64,000 bases of DNA, taken from Candidatus Latescibacterota bacterium. Its GTDB lineage: Bacteria; Latescibacterota; UBA2968. Position 1 is the stretch's first letter, and the number at the start of each line of letters is the position of its first letter. The notes beneath the pieces are model-generated. The model saw only the letters and a list, made by a program, of their open reading frames with translations, did no database searches and was not told the DNA's origin. Shown here piece by piece: positions 1 to 8,743 of this stretch. A program made the position numbers and the translations under genes. Location: contig OZ220741.1 of NCBI GenBank assembly GCA_965116885.1, positions 4,672,001-4,736,000 on the forward strand, given 5' to 3'.

Positions 1-234
1 CTCACGTATTCCCTCTTTGGTTTTTGCTTAGACAATTAATTATTCATGCAGAAATCTACTATGCGGGTCAAGTTGTAAATATCAACTGTCTATGTATTCC
101 CAACCTATACTGTATCAATTTTACAACACCTGTGCTAAAAAGGCACACATTTTGCTTTCTTTGTAAAATGTCACGACAAAATACAAAATTCTATAAAAAC
201 AGGTACTTATATCATTTTTTTTCAAAATAATTTA

Positions 235-250
235 CGGCACGAATTTTGCA
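235..250 (+). promoter_or_regulatory. sigma54 (-24/-12) promoter
   Basis: CGGCACGAATTTTGCA: GG at 236-237 and GC at 248-249 give GG-N10-GC, matching the consensus TGGCACG-N4-TTGCW. It lies about 45 bp upstream of ATG 295. Confidence 0.75.
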
Positions 251-294
251 TACTATAATCAGTAGCCGGGGTCATACATATTCAGGAGGTTACC

Positions 295-1209
295 ATGTCA
301 CAGATTCGACTGTTTTTGCTCGCCGTGCTCGTCTGCTTGCCCGTCACTGCATCGTCTGCACCACACCTTGAACCCACACTCGAAAAATCCAAAGTCCAAT
401 TATCGGGTTCAATAACCAATGGTGTCATTGACATCAACTCCAACGGAGAAATAAAAATCCACATCCCCCAGGGCACCCTTACACTCCCGACTGATTCGCT
501 CTCCACAGCGCCCAAAGGACCATCCGGCCCCTATGCCCCTTGCATCCTCGGTGGTCCTGGTCAATCAGTTCTTAGTAATCCAGCCAGACTATCTCCAGTA
601 TATACACCGATGCCAGACCCGATGAAATTGCTCAATCATATCGGGATGTTTTTCTCAACGGCCAGTGGCGGATTTGGCTCTCGTATCAATTACGACCACA
701 AAATATCTCCAAACACACGCTTTACCGCCAGCCCGGAATTTCTCACCTATAGCCTGTCCAGATCCAGGGCTATTCTGGGAGACCTTATGCCCTCGGGTAC
801 AACGCGGATCACCCTGATCACCATACCCATCGGTCTCCAACGCCACTTTGTGCCCACATCGCGTATCAATCCCCACATTGGATTTGGTTTTGGGCCCATC
901 ATCCGGCTGGACCACCGCTCACATCGACTGGGGTACTATGGAAATAACCTGGGTTTAGACAGAATAGTTCGCAATAGACACAATAGCCTCAATCTTACGG
1001 TACCTCTTACCCTCGATGATTTCCCAAGTACTTCCTTGACTCTGGGCGGCCATCTCGCTTCTGGTCTGAATATCCATTTCGGCGCGAAAAAAAATCTCGC
1101 CCTCACCATTGAAGGCCGCTACACCCTGGCTCGATTCATCGACGCGATGGGTTCACCCGGCGATTTTAGTGGTCTCTCTCTTGCTATAGGATTTGGAAAA
1201 GCGTTTTAA
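295..1209 (+). CDS. secreted hypothetical protein, probable outer-membrane beta-barrel C-terminal domain
   Basis: AGGAGG RBS, N-terminal signal peptide, alternating amphipathic strands (IPIGLQRHF, PHIGFGFG, LTIEGRY) and a C-terminal Phe (LAIGFGKAF). Confidence 0.65.
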   Translation: MSQIRLFLLAVLVCLPVTASSAPHLEPTLEKSKVQLSGSITNGVIDINSNGEIKIHIPQGTLTLPTDSLSTAPKGPSGPYAPCILGGPGQSVLSNPARLSPVYTPMPDPMKLLNHIGMFFSTASGGFGSRINYDHKISPNTRFTASPEFLTYSLSRSRAILGDLMPSGTTRITLITIPIGLQRHFVPTSRINPHIGFGFGPIIRLDHRSHRLGYYGNNLGLDRIVRNRHNSLNLTVPLTLDDFPSTSLTLGGHLASGLNIHFGAKKNLALTIEGRYTLARFIDAMGSPGDFSGLSLAIGFGKAF

Positions 1210-1228
1210 AAACCACCACATAAAATCA

Positions 1229-1268
1229 AAAAAGGGACGCATCGGGTAAATGATGGGTCCCTTTTTTT
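1229..1268. terminator. intrinsic terminator, potentially bidirectional
   Basis: AAAAAGGGACGCATC...GATGGGTCCCTTTTTTT hairpin flanked by A and T tracts. Confidence 0.8.
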
Positions 1269-1308
1269 AAAACGCCATTGATTTTAAAACATATCTACAA
1301 TTCCTCTC

Positions 1309-1338
1309 TTGACAGTACCCTATATTTAGTGCTATAAT
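1309..1338 (+). promoter_or_regulatory. sigma70 promoter of nrdR
   Basis: Perfect TTGACA (1309-1314), 18-nt spacer, TATAAT (1333-1338). Confidence 0.8.
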
Positions 1339-1363
1339 TTGGGCACTATACAATATCATGTTG
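1317..1363. promoter_or_regulatory. tandem NrdR boxes
   Basis: ACCCTATATTTAGTGC (1317-1332) and ATACAATATCATGTTG (1348-1363) match the consensus acaCwAtATaTwGtgt; their starts are 31 bp apart. Confidence 0.75.
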
Positions 1364-1388
1364 ATTTTAAGAAAGGAACTCTATACTT

Positions 1389-1841
1389 ATGAAATGTCCT
1401 TATTGTGGCGTGATCGAAGATAAAGTGGTAGATTCCAGATCGAGTAAAGAAGGCACCGCCATTCGACGACGCCGAGAATGCCTGGGGTGTGAACGTCGAT
1501 TTACGACCTACGAATACATCGAAGACACCCCTCTCACCGTTATCAAATCCGATGGACGGCGCGAAATCTTTGACAAAAACAAACTCATGGACAAAATTCG
1601 ACTCTCCTGCACCAAACGTCCAATCTCGACAACTCAGATCGAGGAAATCGCCGACCGAATTGAAGATCAACTCGTAAGCAGAGGCGAACGCGAAATAGAA
1701 GCCAAAGAGCACATTGGCGAACTTGTCATGACAGAACTCAAACGCCTCGACGACGTTGCCTACGTGCGCTTTGCCTCTGTGTACCGCCAATTTAAAGACC
1801 TCAGCGACTTTGAAAAAGAACTGAGGCAACTTGAAAGGTGA
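1389..1841 (+). CDS. nrdR: transcriptional repressor NrdR
   Basis: MKCPYC zinc ribbon, IRRRRECxxCxxRFTTYE, ATP-cone domain and [13 protein letters not shown]. Confidence 0.98.
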   Translation: MKCPYCGVIEDKVVDSRSSKEGTAIRRRRECLGCERRFTTYEYIEDTPLTVIKSDGRREIFDKNKLMDKIRLSCTKRPISTTQIEEIADRIEDQLVSRGEREIEAKEHIGELVMTELKRLDDVAYVRFASVYRQFKDLSDFEKELRQLER

Positions 1842-1860
1842 AATGTAAAAGAGCCAGTAC

Positions 1861-2448
1861 TCACCTTCCTAAAAACCTCGCTTTCCCATCATGACAAGTT
1901 TGGCACGTTGCGGGCTTACCCGTTTTAATATCCAATAAGCGATCTGTAAACTTCTCCATCATCATGCGTGCAACAACCTTATTCGGCGTGGGCGTAACCG
2001 GATCGAGCCGACCATCGCGCCTTCTCACATGGCAATAGTCGCATGCCTTCACACCCAGAGCTTTCTGCATTTCTTTCATCATCGCCACAATTTCTCCACG
2101 CGACATACCCGCCAACCGCGAGGGTTTGGCAGCACTCGTATCGTGCACCACAAACCGCGCCGTTCCCGTGTGGCAAAAAGCACAATCAATCGATTTCCCA
2201 GTTGTTGTAACCAGACCATCCACAAAATGATGCTTCATATAGAGCGCTGTTTTCTTCAATGGTGATGGTGCTTTGTAATCGCGCTCACCTGCCTCAGTCA
2301 CAGATGGATGGCAATATTGGCACTTTACCCCCAGAGCTTTAGAAATCGCTTCCATACCCTCTTCGCTCGTATCCAAAACATGGGGATCGTCCGCGTGCAC
2401 ATCGGCATAAAGCAAGATAACCGCACAGCAGAAAAAAAAGCGTCTCAC
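1861..2448 (-). CDS. tetraheme c-type cytochrome, photosynthetic reaction-centre cytochrome c (PufC)-like family
   Basis: Signal peptide, four CxxCH motifs (CQYCH, CAFCH, CDYCH, CQTCH) and a duplicated 'M..(I/M).KALGV.C.YCH' unit. Confidence 0.8.
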   Translation of the reverse strand: MRRFFFCCAVILLYADVHADDPHVLDTSEEGMEAISKALGVKCQYCHPSVTEAGERDYKAPSPLKKTALYMKHHFVDGLVTTTGKSIDCAFCHTGTARFVVHDTSAAKPSRLAGMSRGEIVAMMKEMQKALGVKACDYCHVRRRDGRLDPVTPTPNKVVARMMMEKFTDRLLDIKTGKPATCQTCHDGKARFLGR

Positions 2449-3803
2449 AAAGCCCCTCTCACGACTCGACCATCCACCCCATCGGGACTTTCCAGCCCCA
2501 ACAGAGCCATCATCGTAGGCAAAATATCCATCACCGTCGCGTCATCAGATGCCAGACCAGGCGCATTGGCAAACCACAGCGCATCATCGAAGGTATGCGT
2601 GCCATTCACCGGGCTGGGTTCGAACAAAACGCGCTTTTCAAAACCGCCCTTCAAATCATATCCCTGTGCAGGCACTGCCATAAGATCGGGTGCCGCATCG
2701 AGGTCATCGCCGAAAAAAGCCTCTTCGCGCATCAACACGCGATCAATGACAGGTGCTCCACCATCGGGATCGCGAATTTCCATCAGCGCATCTGCCACAT
2801 CTCGCCGGACCTGCTCGTATTCAGCACCTGCCTGCACGCACCCCTCGCGCTCCCTACCCTTTAGATTCACGTAAAACCGCCCGGGCAACAATGAATAACA
2901 CCGCGTTCGAGGATCCAGGTCTCTCAACTGCATTGGTTCAGGCGATGCAAAAGACAATAACCCCATCTGTTGCAGCCAAAAATTCAAATGCACCTCGCGC
3001 TGCAGGGTGCAAAAACCGTGATCCGATACAATCATGAGCAACGTATCGCTGTATAACCGCGAAACCAGTTCTCCAATGATCTCATCTACACGCGCGTAAA
3101 ACTGATTAAACCACGCGGTATGCGACGCATCTCCTCTCTCTACATCCCCCCAAAGAAAATGGTGCAACCGATCGGTATCCATAAAATGCGCCACAAACAA
3201 ATCCCACGATTCCTGGGCATAATACTTGAACATAGCCTCTGCACGTCGGTTGAGTGCCCAGAAGATCTCGTCGAGAAATTTCTGGCGGTTTTCACGCGCC
3301 TGCCAGGCGTCAATATCAATCAAATAACCCATGGATTCCAGTTCAGACGCGATAGAAGGCGGATAGGTCGCTCGCTTCAAATCGGGTGCTAAAAATCCCG
3401 AAATCAAGATGCCATTAACTTTGCGAGGGGGAAAAGTAGTCGGCACTCCCATAGAAAAAACCCGCTGCCCCATATTGCTAAACAGATCAACCCACGTCTT
3501 GCTTCGCAAAGTTCTCGAAGATGGAATAAACATCTCATACGTTTGGGGAACGCGGTCAATAAATCCAAAAATCCCGTGTCTGCCCGGGTTACAACCCGTC
3601 GCAATCGATGCCCAGGCAGTTGACGATACCGTAGGTACCACCGACGTCATAGACATCAATGATCCCTGAACGATCAACTGCTGAAAATTGGGCATAATCC
3701 CCTCGGCTATCAGGCGTTGCAACAGGCTATGTGGCATACCATCCAGGCCCAAAACAACGACCCTGCTAAAATTGGTCTTATTTCGTCGAAAAAAATTAAG
3801 CAT
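2445..3803 (-). CDS. alkaline phosphatase superfamily, type I phosphodiesterase / nucleotide pyrophosphatase
   Basis: VVVLGLDG, PTVSSTAWASIATG.NPGRHGIFGF, DRLHH, IVSDHGF and GTH motifs. Confidence 0.9.
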   Translation of the reverse strand: MLNFFRRNKTNFSRVVVLGLDGMPHSLLQRLIAEGIMPNFQQLIVQGSLMSMTSVVPTVSSTAWASIATGCNPGRHGIFGFIDRVPQTYEMFIPSSRTLRSKTWVDLFSNMGQRVFSMGVPTTFPPRKVNGILISGFLAPDLKRATYPPSIASELESMGYLIDIDAWQARENRQKFLDEIFWALNRRAEAMFKYYAQESWDLFVAHFMDTDRLHHFLWGDVERGDASHTAWFNQFYARVDEIIGELVSRLYSDTLLMIVSDHGFCTLQREVHLNFWLQQMGLLSFASPEPMQLRDLDPRTRCYSLLPGRFYVNLKGREREGCVQAGAEYEQVRRDVADALMEIRDPDGGAPVIDRVLMREEAFFGDDLDAAPDLMAVPAQGYDLKGGFEKRVLFEPSPVNGTHTFDDALWFANAPGLASDDATVMDILPTMMALLGLESPDGVDGRVVRGAL

Positions 3804-3816
3804 CTACCATCCTAAA

Positions 3817-3861
3817 ATAAAATAGGGCTTTTAACCCCTTGTATATAGAAGCTAAAAGCCC
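3817..3861 (-). terminator. terminator downstream of the tRNA pair
   Basis: GGGCTTTTA...TAAAAGCCC stem followed on the minus strand by TATTTTATTTT. Confidence 0.55.
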
Positions 3862-3878
3862 AAGACATAGTAAAAATG

Positions 3879-3956
3879 TGGGGTGAGTGAGGGGATTTGA
3901 ACCCCCGACCTCCTGGGCCACAACCAGGCGCTCTGACCGACTGAGCTACACCCACC
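3879..3956 (-). tRNA. tRNA-His(GTG)
   Basis: Reverse complement GGTGGGTGTAGCTCAGTCGGTCAGAGCGCCTGGTTGTGGCCCAGGAGGTCGGGGGTTCAAATCCCCTCACTCACCCCA has G-1, a GTG anticodon and an encoded CCA. Confidence 0.96.
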
Positions 3957-3971
3957 ACACAAAACGCAAAA

Positions 3972-4045
3972 CACTCCCGGCAGGGCTCGAACCTGCGACC
4001 TACTGCTTAGAAGGCAGTTGCTCTATCCAGCTGAGCTACGGGAGC
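3972..4045 (-). tRNA. tRNA-Arg(TCT)
   Basis: Reverse complement GCTCCCGTAGCTCAGCTGGATAGAGCAACTGCCTTCTAAGCAGTAGGTCGCAGGTTCGAGCCCTGCCGGGAGTG has a TCT anticodon; CCA is not encoded. Confidence 0.96.
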
Positions 4046-4325
4046 AAAAAACTTACCCTTAAGGATTCTATCAAAAGGCGACACGGATATGATACACATC
4101 CTATTTGAGAGCAAAATTATCATATTGATCAAAAAGTGTCAAGCAAAAGTAACTCTTTTCCATCTCCGCCGATCCTTCCCAAGGCTTCAGACCCATGCGA
4201 TAAATAGCAGATTTTATACCTCATTTTGCTCCAAATTCCAGTTTTTTTTCAACTTGACAACCATTCTTCCCCTGATGATATTCTTTCAATATGCAGGTAT
4301 TCACCCCAAAAGTACCGGTCCCCTC

Positions 4326-4952
4326 ATGTCCAGAAAACGACTCACACAGGCCGAACGGCGCACCCAAATTATCGAAGTGGCGATGACGCTTTTCGCCACC
4401 AAAGGATTTACCGGTACCACCACGCGTGCCATTGCTCGTGCGGCAGATGTTTCGGAAGCCATTATCTTCAGGCATTTTGCGACCAAAGAAGACCTCTACA
4501 ACGCCATTATCACATACACAGTTGAAAAACGTTCAGAACAGTGGGATCAAGACACAATCCCTCCGCCAGACCCACGCAATATCGAACACCTCTTGCGCGA
4601 CTTTGCCCAGACATTTGTCAATCGCAATCGCAGAGATCCGACATTCATACGCCTGATGATGTACAGCGCACTCGAAGATCACAAATTCCGAGAAAAATTT
4701 TTCGCGATTTACAGCAACCCCCACATGCGATCCATTCACCAGGCCATTCAAACTGGTGTCGATCAGGGCCTGTTTCACACAGTTGATCCGGTTGCATCGC
4801 GTCGCTCTTTCTTCTATGCACTTCTGCAATACTGCATCAGCCGTTTTGTTGCGAGAAATGAAACCGATATGCCAGAACGCGATGATGCCATGATCGAAAA
4901 TCTCGTGACAATTTTTGTGCGCGGACTGCGAATAGATAATCACAAAATCTAA
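4326..4952 (+). CDS. TetR/AcrR family transcriptional regulator
   Basis: LFATKGFTGTTTRAIARAADVSEAIIFRHFATKEDL helix-turn-helix. Start reassigned to MSRKRL. Confidence 0.93.
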   Translation: MSRKRLTQAERRTQIIEVAMTLFATKGFTGTTTRAIARAADVSEAIIFRHFATKEDLYNAIITYTVEKRSEQWDQDTIPPPDPRNIEHLLRDFAQTFVNRNRRDPTFIRLMMYSALEDHKFREKFFAIYSNPHMRSIHQAIQTGVDQGLFHTVDPVASRRSFFYALLQYCISRFVARNETDMPERDDAMIENLVTIFVRGLRIDNHKI

Positions 4953-4959
4953 TCCTCTC

Positions 4960-6315
4960 ATGATCGATTTACGCTTTCTCGAAGAAGGCAAAGCAATTCG
5001 GGATCCCATTTGGGGCTATATCCACATACCGTCCGATTTTTTACCCCTCGTTGATGCCGAAGAATTTCAACGCCTTCGCGATATATCGCAACTCGGGCAC
5101 GTTTTGCTCGTGTATCCCGGAGCTCGCCACTCGCGCTTTGAACACACTTTGGGCGTGTTTCACATTGCGGGCCATTTCCTCAAACAATTGCTCAAAACCC
5201 AGCCCCCTCCCGATATCGATATCGATGACGTGCGCGTGCTTCTCGCGGCGAGTTTGTTGCACGACATCGGCCATTATCCCTTTTCGCATCTGCTCGAAGA
5301 AATGCAGATGTTTTTTATTGACCATGAAACGCGAGGGCGCTACATCATTGAAGATCCGAGCACAGAGGTCCACACCGCACTTCTCAAAGCAGGCATAGAC
5401 CCCCAGCGCGTTGCAAATGTTATCGATTACCGGCAGCGCACCATTCCCGACCGCGATACGCGCCTTGCCCATATTCTCAGCGGCACACTCGACCCCGACA
5501 AAATCGACTATCTTCTGCGCGACGCGCGCTACTGCGGTGTTCCATTTGGCGAGAGCGTCAACAGGGATCGCCTCCTATCCTCAATTACATATCATCACGC
5601 GACACAGCGACCGGCCATCACTTACAAAGGCGTATCTGCAACTGAAGCACTCATCTTTACCAGCTATTTGATGTATCGCAACGTCTATTGGCACCACGCG
5701 GTTCGCTCTGCCAATGCCATGTTCAAGCGAGGGATACAGGACCTTTTGGCGCATCCCAACTGTTCGCTGACAGAAAATGACTTTGATCGCGCCACCGAAT
5801 CTGACCTGCTTCACCGTCTCGAAAAAGAACATACCGAACTCGGGATCTCCTACCGAACCAGCCTGATTGGCCGTCTCAAAAGACGCAAACTCTTCAAAGT
5901 TGCACGCATATTCTTTCCTCATGAATACGCGCAACACCTCATAAATTTATTTCGCCACCTCCATAATGCGCCCGACCAGCGAAGAGAACTCGAAATAGCC
6001 TTTTGCGCCCATTTTTCCTCAAAGCTCAAACTAAATCTCTGTGGCAATGAAATACTCCTCGATATTCTCCAGTTTGACAAAAGCCCCGAAGTAGATCTCA
6101 AAGTCTTTTTTGATGCCCACATCCCCGTAGAAAAACCAGAACCCCTGAGCTTTGATGACCCGGAAGTCTCTTTGCTCAAAAATTATCTGCTCGACAACTT
6201 TGAAGCACAGGCCAAAGTGGTGCGTATCTTCTGCGACGATATTCCCAAATTGCGTCAGGCCGTGCGCGACGAAGCCTTCGCCTTTCTGAAAAACTGGGCA
6301 ACAGTCAGAGCTTGA
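4960..6315 (+). CDS. HD-domain phosphohydrolase (YwfO / SAMHD1-like dNTPase family)
   Basis: IRDPIWG, FQRLRDISQLG, YPGARHSRFEHTLG, LLHDIGHYPFSH and LDPDKIDYLLRD. Confidence 0.92.
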   Translation: MIDLRFLEEGKAIRDPIWGYIHIPSDFLPLVDAEEFQRLRDISQLGHVLLVYPGARHSRFEHTLGVFHIAGHFLKQLLKTQPPPDIDIDDVRVLLAASLLHDIGHYPFSHLLEEMQMFFIDHETRGRYIIEDPSTEVHTALLKAGIDPQRVANVIDYRQRTIPDRDTRLAHILSGTLDPDKIDYLLRDARYCGVPFGESVNRDRLLSSITYHHATQRPAITYKGVSATEALIFTSYLMYRNVYWHHAVRSANAMFKRGIQDLLAHPNCSLTENDFDRATESDLLHRLEKEHTELGISYRTSLIGRLKRRKLFKVARIFFPHEYAQHLINLFRHLHNAPDQRRELEIAFCAHFSSKLKLNLCGNEILLDILQFDKSPEVDLKVFFDAHIPVEKPEPLSFDDPEVSLLKNYLLDNFEAQAKVVRIFCDDIPKLRQAVRDEAFAFLKNWATVRA

Positions 6316-6359
6316 TAAAATGGCCGGAAAGTTATATATTGCTTACTTTTAAACGTTTT

Positions 6360-6442
6360 TCACCTTTACCTGGATTTATTGAAAATTCTATATTCTCCCT
6401 CAGCCATAGATAAGTCACGCTCACCTTTACCTGGATTTATTG
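6360..6442 (+). repeat. 22-bp perfect direct repeat
   Basis: TCACCTTTACCTGGATTTATTG at 6360-6381 and 6421-6442. Confidence 0.9.
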
Positions 6443-6443
6443 T

Positions 6444-7370
6444 ATGAAAAAATATCTGACTTTAATGTTTATCTCCCACAATGAAGGTTATATCAAAGAG
6501 TACCATCTTTCAAAACCGAAATTTATCGGTATTGTGAGTACATTATGCCTGCTCCTATTGCTCTCGCTCGGTTATGTTGCCACAATAGGTAAGCGGGAAA
6601 GGCTCGCCGAACTCAAAGCGGAAAACACCGCACTCCAACGCGAATTTGCCTTAATTCAAGAAGAATTGAAAAACATGCGCCACAGCATGGATCAGCTACA
6701 GGAAAAAGATCGCATCATGCGCGCCTGGGTTGACCTCTCAGAACCGAGTGATGAAGTGCGTCAAATAGGTGTGGGGGGGGGCGAATCCATGCCGCCAGAA
6801 TGGGAAACCGCCGTACCAGACCGCGTCTCGGGCCTTCTGGCCGATAACCGCATCAATATGGACCAACTCTTGCGAGAGGCACACTTCCTGCAAGCCAGTT
6901 TTGATACGATTTTGACAGTACTTAGCAAAGACATCCAAATGCGCCGGCACATACCTTCAATTACCCCCGTGCGGATGGACAATCCGAGAATATCATCGGG
7001 TTTTGGCATCCGTCGCGATCCATTCACCGGGCGCAGACAATTTCACTCTGGCATCGATTATCCCGGTCGCAGGGGCACGCCCATTATCGCCACAGCCGAT
7101 GGCACAATAGATAAAATTGATTACAACCGTCGTTTGGGATGGTATGTGAGAATCAACCACGGTTATGGCCTGCAAACTCTGTATGGGCACCTGAACAGCA
7201 AGCCACATGTCAAGCTCGGAACCCGCGTCAAACGCGGCGAAAAGATCGGCGAGATGGGCAGAACAGGACGCTCAACAGCCCCTCATCTCCACTACTCAGT
7301 CATCAAAAATGGCAACTCCGAAAACCCCACACATTACATCTTTGATCAAAAAACGCGCTCTTTGTTTTAG
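6444..7370 (+). CDS. M23 family peptidoglycan metallopeptidase
   Basis: N-terminal TM segment, coiled coil, ISSGFG.R.DPFTG, HSGID, YGHL and STAPHLHY. Confidence 0.95.
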   Translation: MKKYLTLMFISHNEGYIKEYHLSKPKFIGIVSTLCLLLLLSLGYVATIGKRERLAELKAENTALQREFALIQEELKNMRHSMDQLQEKDRIMRAWVDLSEPSDEVRQIGVGGGESMPPEWETAVPDRVSGLLADNRINMDQLLREAHFLQASFDTILTVLSKDIQMRRHIPSITPVRMDNPRISSGFGIRRDPFTGRRQFHSGIDYPGRRGTPIIATADGTIDKIDYNRRLGWYVRINHGYGLQTLYGHLNSKPHVKLGTRVKRGEKIGEMGRTGRSTAPHLHYSVIKNGNSENPTHYIFDQKTRSLF

Positions 7371-7388
7371 CAAATCAAAGGATAAATC

Positions 7389-8699
7389 ATGAGTTCCAGT
7401 ACATTTTCCGTTTACAATTCGCTATTTGTCGCAACGGTCTGGTCTGGTCATCCTGTCGGATTTGATCTATTGACCCACGGCGATGTGCAATTTATCGCGT
7501 TTTACAATGCCGAACGCAAAATGACTGTCGGAATGCGGAAGATAGATGAAGATACATGGACATTTGCACATCCAGAAGGTGTATGGCTGGAAAATCGGGG
7601 CCGCCTCTCTTCGGAAATTGGATGGGACAGTCACAATTCACTGACCATGGCCATCGACGACGATGGCCATATTCATTTATGCGGCAATATGCATGTGGAT
7701 CCCTTGATTTACTTTCGCACAACGCGCCCACTTGATGTCACAAGTTTTGAACGCATAGACTTCATGGTCGGCAAAAATGAGGATCGCTGTACCTATCCCG
7801 TGTTTATGCGCGGTCCCAATAATGAATTGATTTTTCGATTTCGAGATGGTAAAAGCGGCAATGGGGTCGATTTTTACAATGCGTATGATGTCCAGACAAA
7901 AACATGGCACCGGATGCACAGTACACCATTGCTCGATGGACTCGACCGCATGAATGCCTACGCGCGCATGCCGGAAAAAGGACCAGATGGGAATTACCAC
8001 ATGGTCTGGATCTGGCGCGATACCCCCGATTGTGCGACCAATCACAACATTTCTTATGCCTGCAGTCCAGACCTCCTATCCTGGGAAACAGGCGGCGGCG
8101 ATATACTGAATTTACCAATTACAATAGAAAGCGGTGCCACCGTCGATCCCGTACCCCCAGGAGGAGGATTGATCAATATGACGCAATCACTGGGCTTTGA
8201 CGACCAGAAGCGCGCTGTGATCAGCTATCACAAACACGACGAAAATGGATACACACAAGCTTATTGTGCGCGGTTGGAAAATGGCGAGTGGGTATTTTAC
8301 AAGGTGAGCAATTGGACCTATCGGTGGGAATTTGGGGGCGGCGGCTCTATCGGTGCAGAAATTCGGTTGGGTGGCGTTAAAGTAGAGGCCGATGGGAATC
8401 TCAGCATGCATTATTGGCATATAAAAGAAGGCCAGGGAATCTGGAAATTGCATCCTAAAACTCTGCAAGTGATCGGGACATACCCACCACCCGATAACGA
8501 AATCCCCGATGAATTGGAGCAAGTAACATCTGATTATCCGGGTATGACGGTCAACCTTCGCGGTGCTCGCGGCAATGGAACACGACCCGGTGAGCAATAC
8601 GTCTTGCGCTGGGAAACACTGGATCGCAACCGCGACAGGCCCAGAGAAAAAATCCCACCGCCGAGTGAATTGAGACTCTATATTCTTCGCAACAATTAA
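7389..8699 (+). CDS. BNR-4 repeat beta-propeller protein (polysaccharide/ulvan lyase-like)
   Basis: WDSHN...D.DGHIHL.GNMH, TYPVF, FRDGKSGNG, NAY, W.WRDTPDC.TNHNISYA.S. No signal peptide evident. Confidence 0.75.
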   Translation: MSSSTFSVYNSLFVATVWSGHPVGFDLLTHGDVQFIAFYNAERKMTVGMRKIDEDTWTFAHPEGVWLENRGRLSSEIGWDSHNSLTMAIDDDGHIHLCGNMHVDPLIYFRTTRPLDVTSFERIDFMVGKNEDRCTYPVFMRGPNNELIFRFRDGKSGNGVDFYNAYDVQTKTWHRMHSTPLLDGLDRMNAYARMPEKGPDGNYHMVWIWRDTPDCATNHNISYACSPDLLSWETGGGDILNLPITIESGATVDPVPPGGGLINMTQSLGFDDQKRAVISYHKHDENGYTQAYCARLENGEWVFYKVSNWTYRWEFGGGGSIGAEIRLGGVKVEADGNLSMHYWHIKEGQGIWKLHPKTLQVIGTYPPPDNEIPDELEQVTSDYPGMTVNLRGARGNGTRPGEQYVLRWETLDRNRDRPREKIPPPSELRLYILRNN

Positions 8700-8731
8700 A
8701 AAAGCCCTCCGGTGATCACCGGAGGGCTTTT
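8700..8731. terminator. bidirectional intrinsic terminator
   Basis: Perfect palindrome AAAAGCCCTCCGGTGATCACCGGAGGGCTTTT between convergent genes. Confidence 0.85.
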
Positions 8732-8743
8732 GGGTTGCGTTCA

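Noticed and set aside
24..230. 68-aa ORF in the AT-rich leader
   Set aside because: TTG start with no RBS or recognisable motif; overlaps the probable sigma54 regulatory region.
1861..2448. Evidence for phototrophy
   Set aside because: No pufL/M or bacteriochlorophyll genes in the window; PufC-like domains also occur in non-phototrophs.
3879..4045. tRNAs as an integration site for an island
   Set aside because: No integrase, and I found no duplicated tRNA 3' end in the window.
3887..4108. 73-aa ORF
   Set aside because: It is the antisense reading of tRNA-His and tRNA-Arg.
6360..6442. Possible mini-CRISPR (22-bp repeat, 39-bp spacer)
   Set aside because: Only two copies, a short non-palindromic repeat, and no cas genes.
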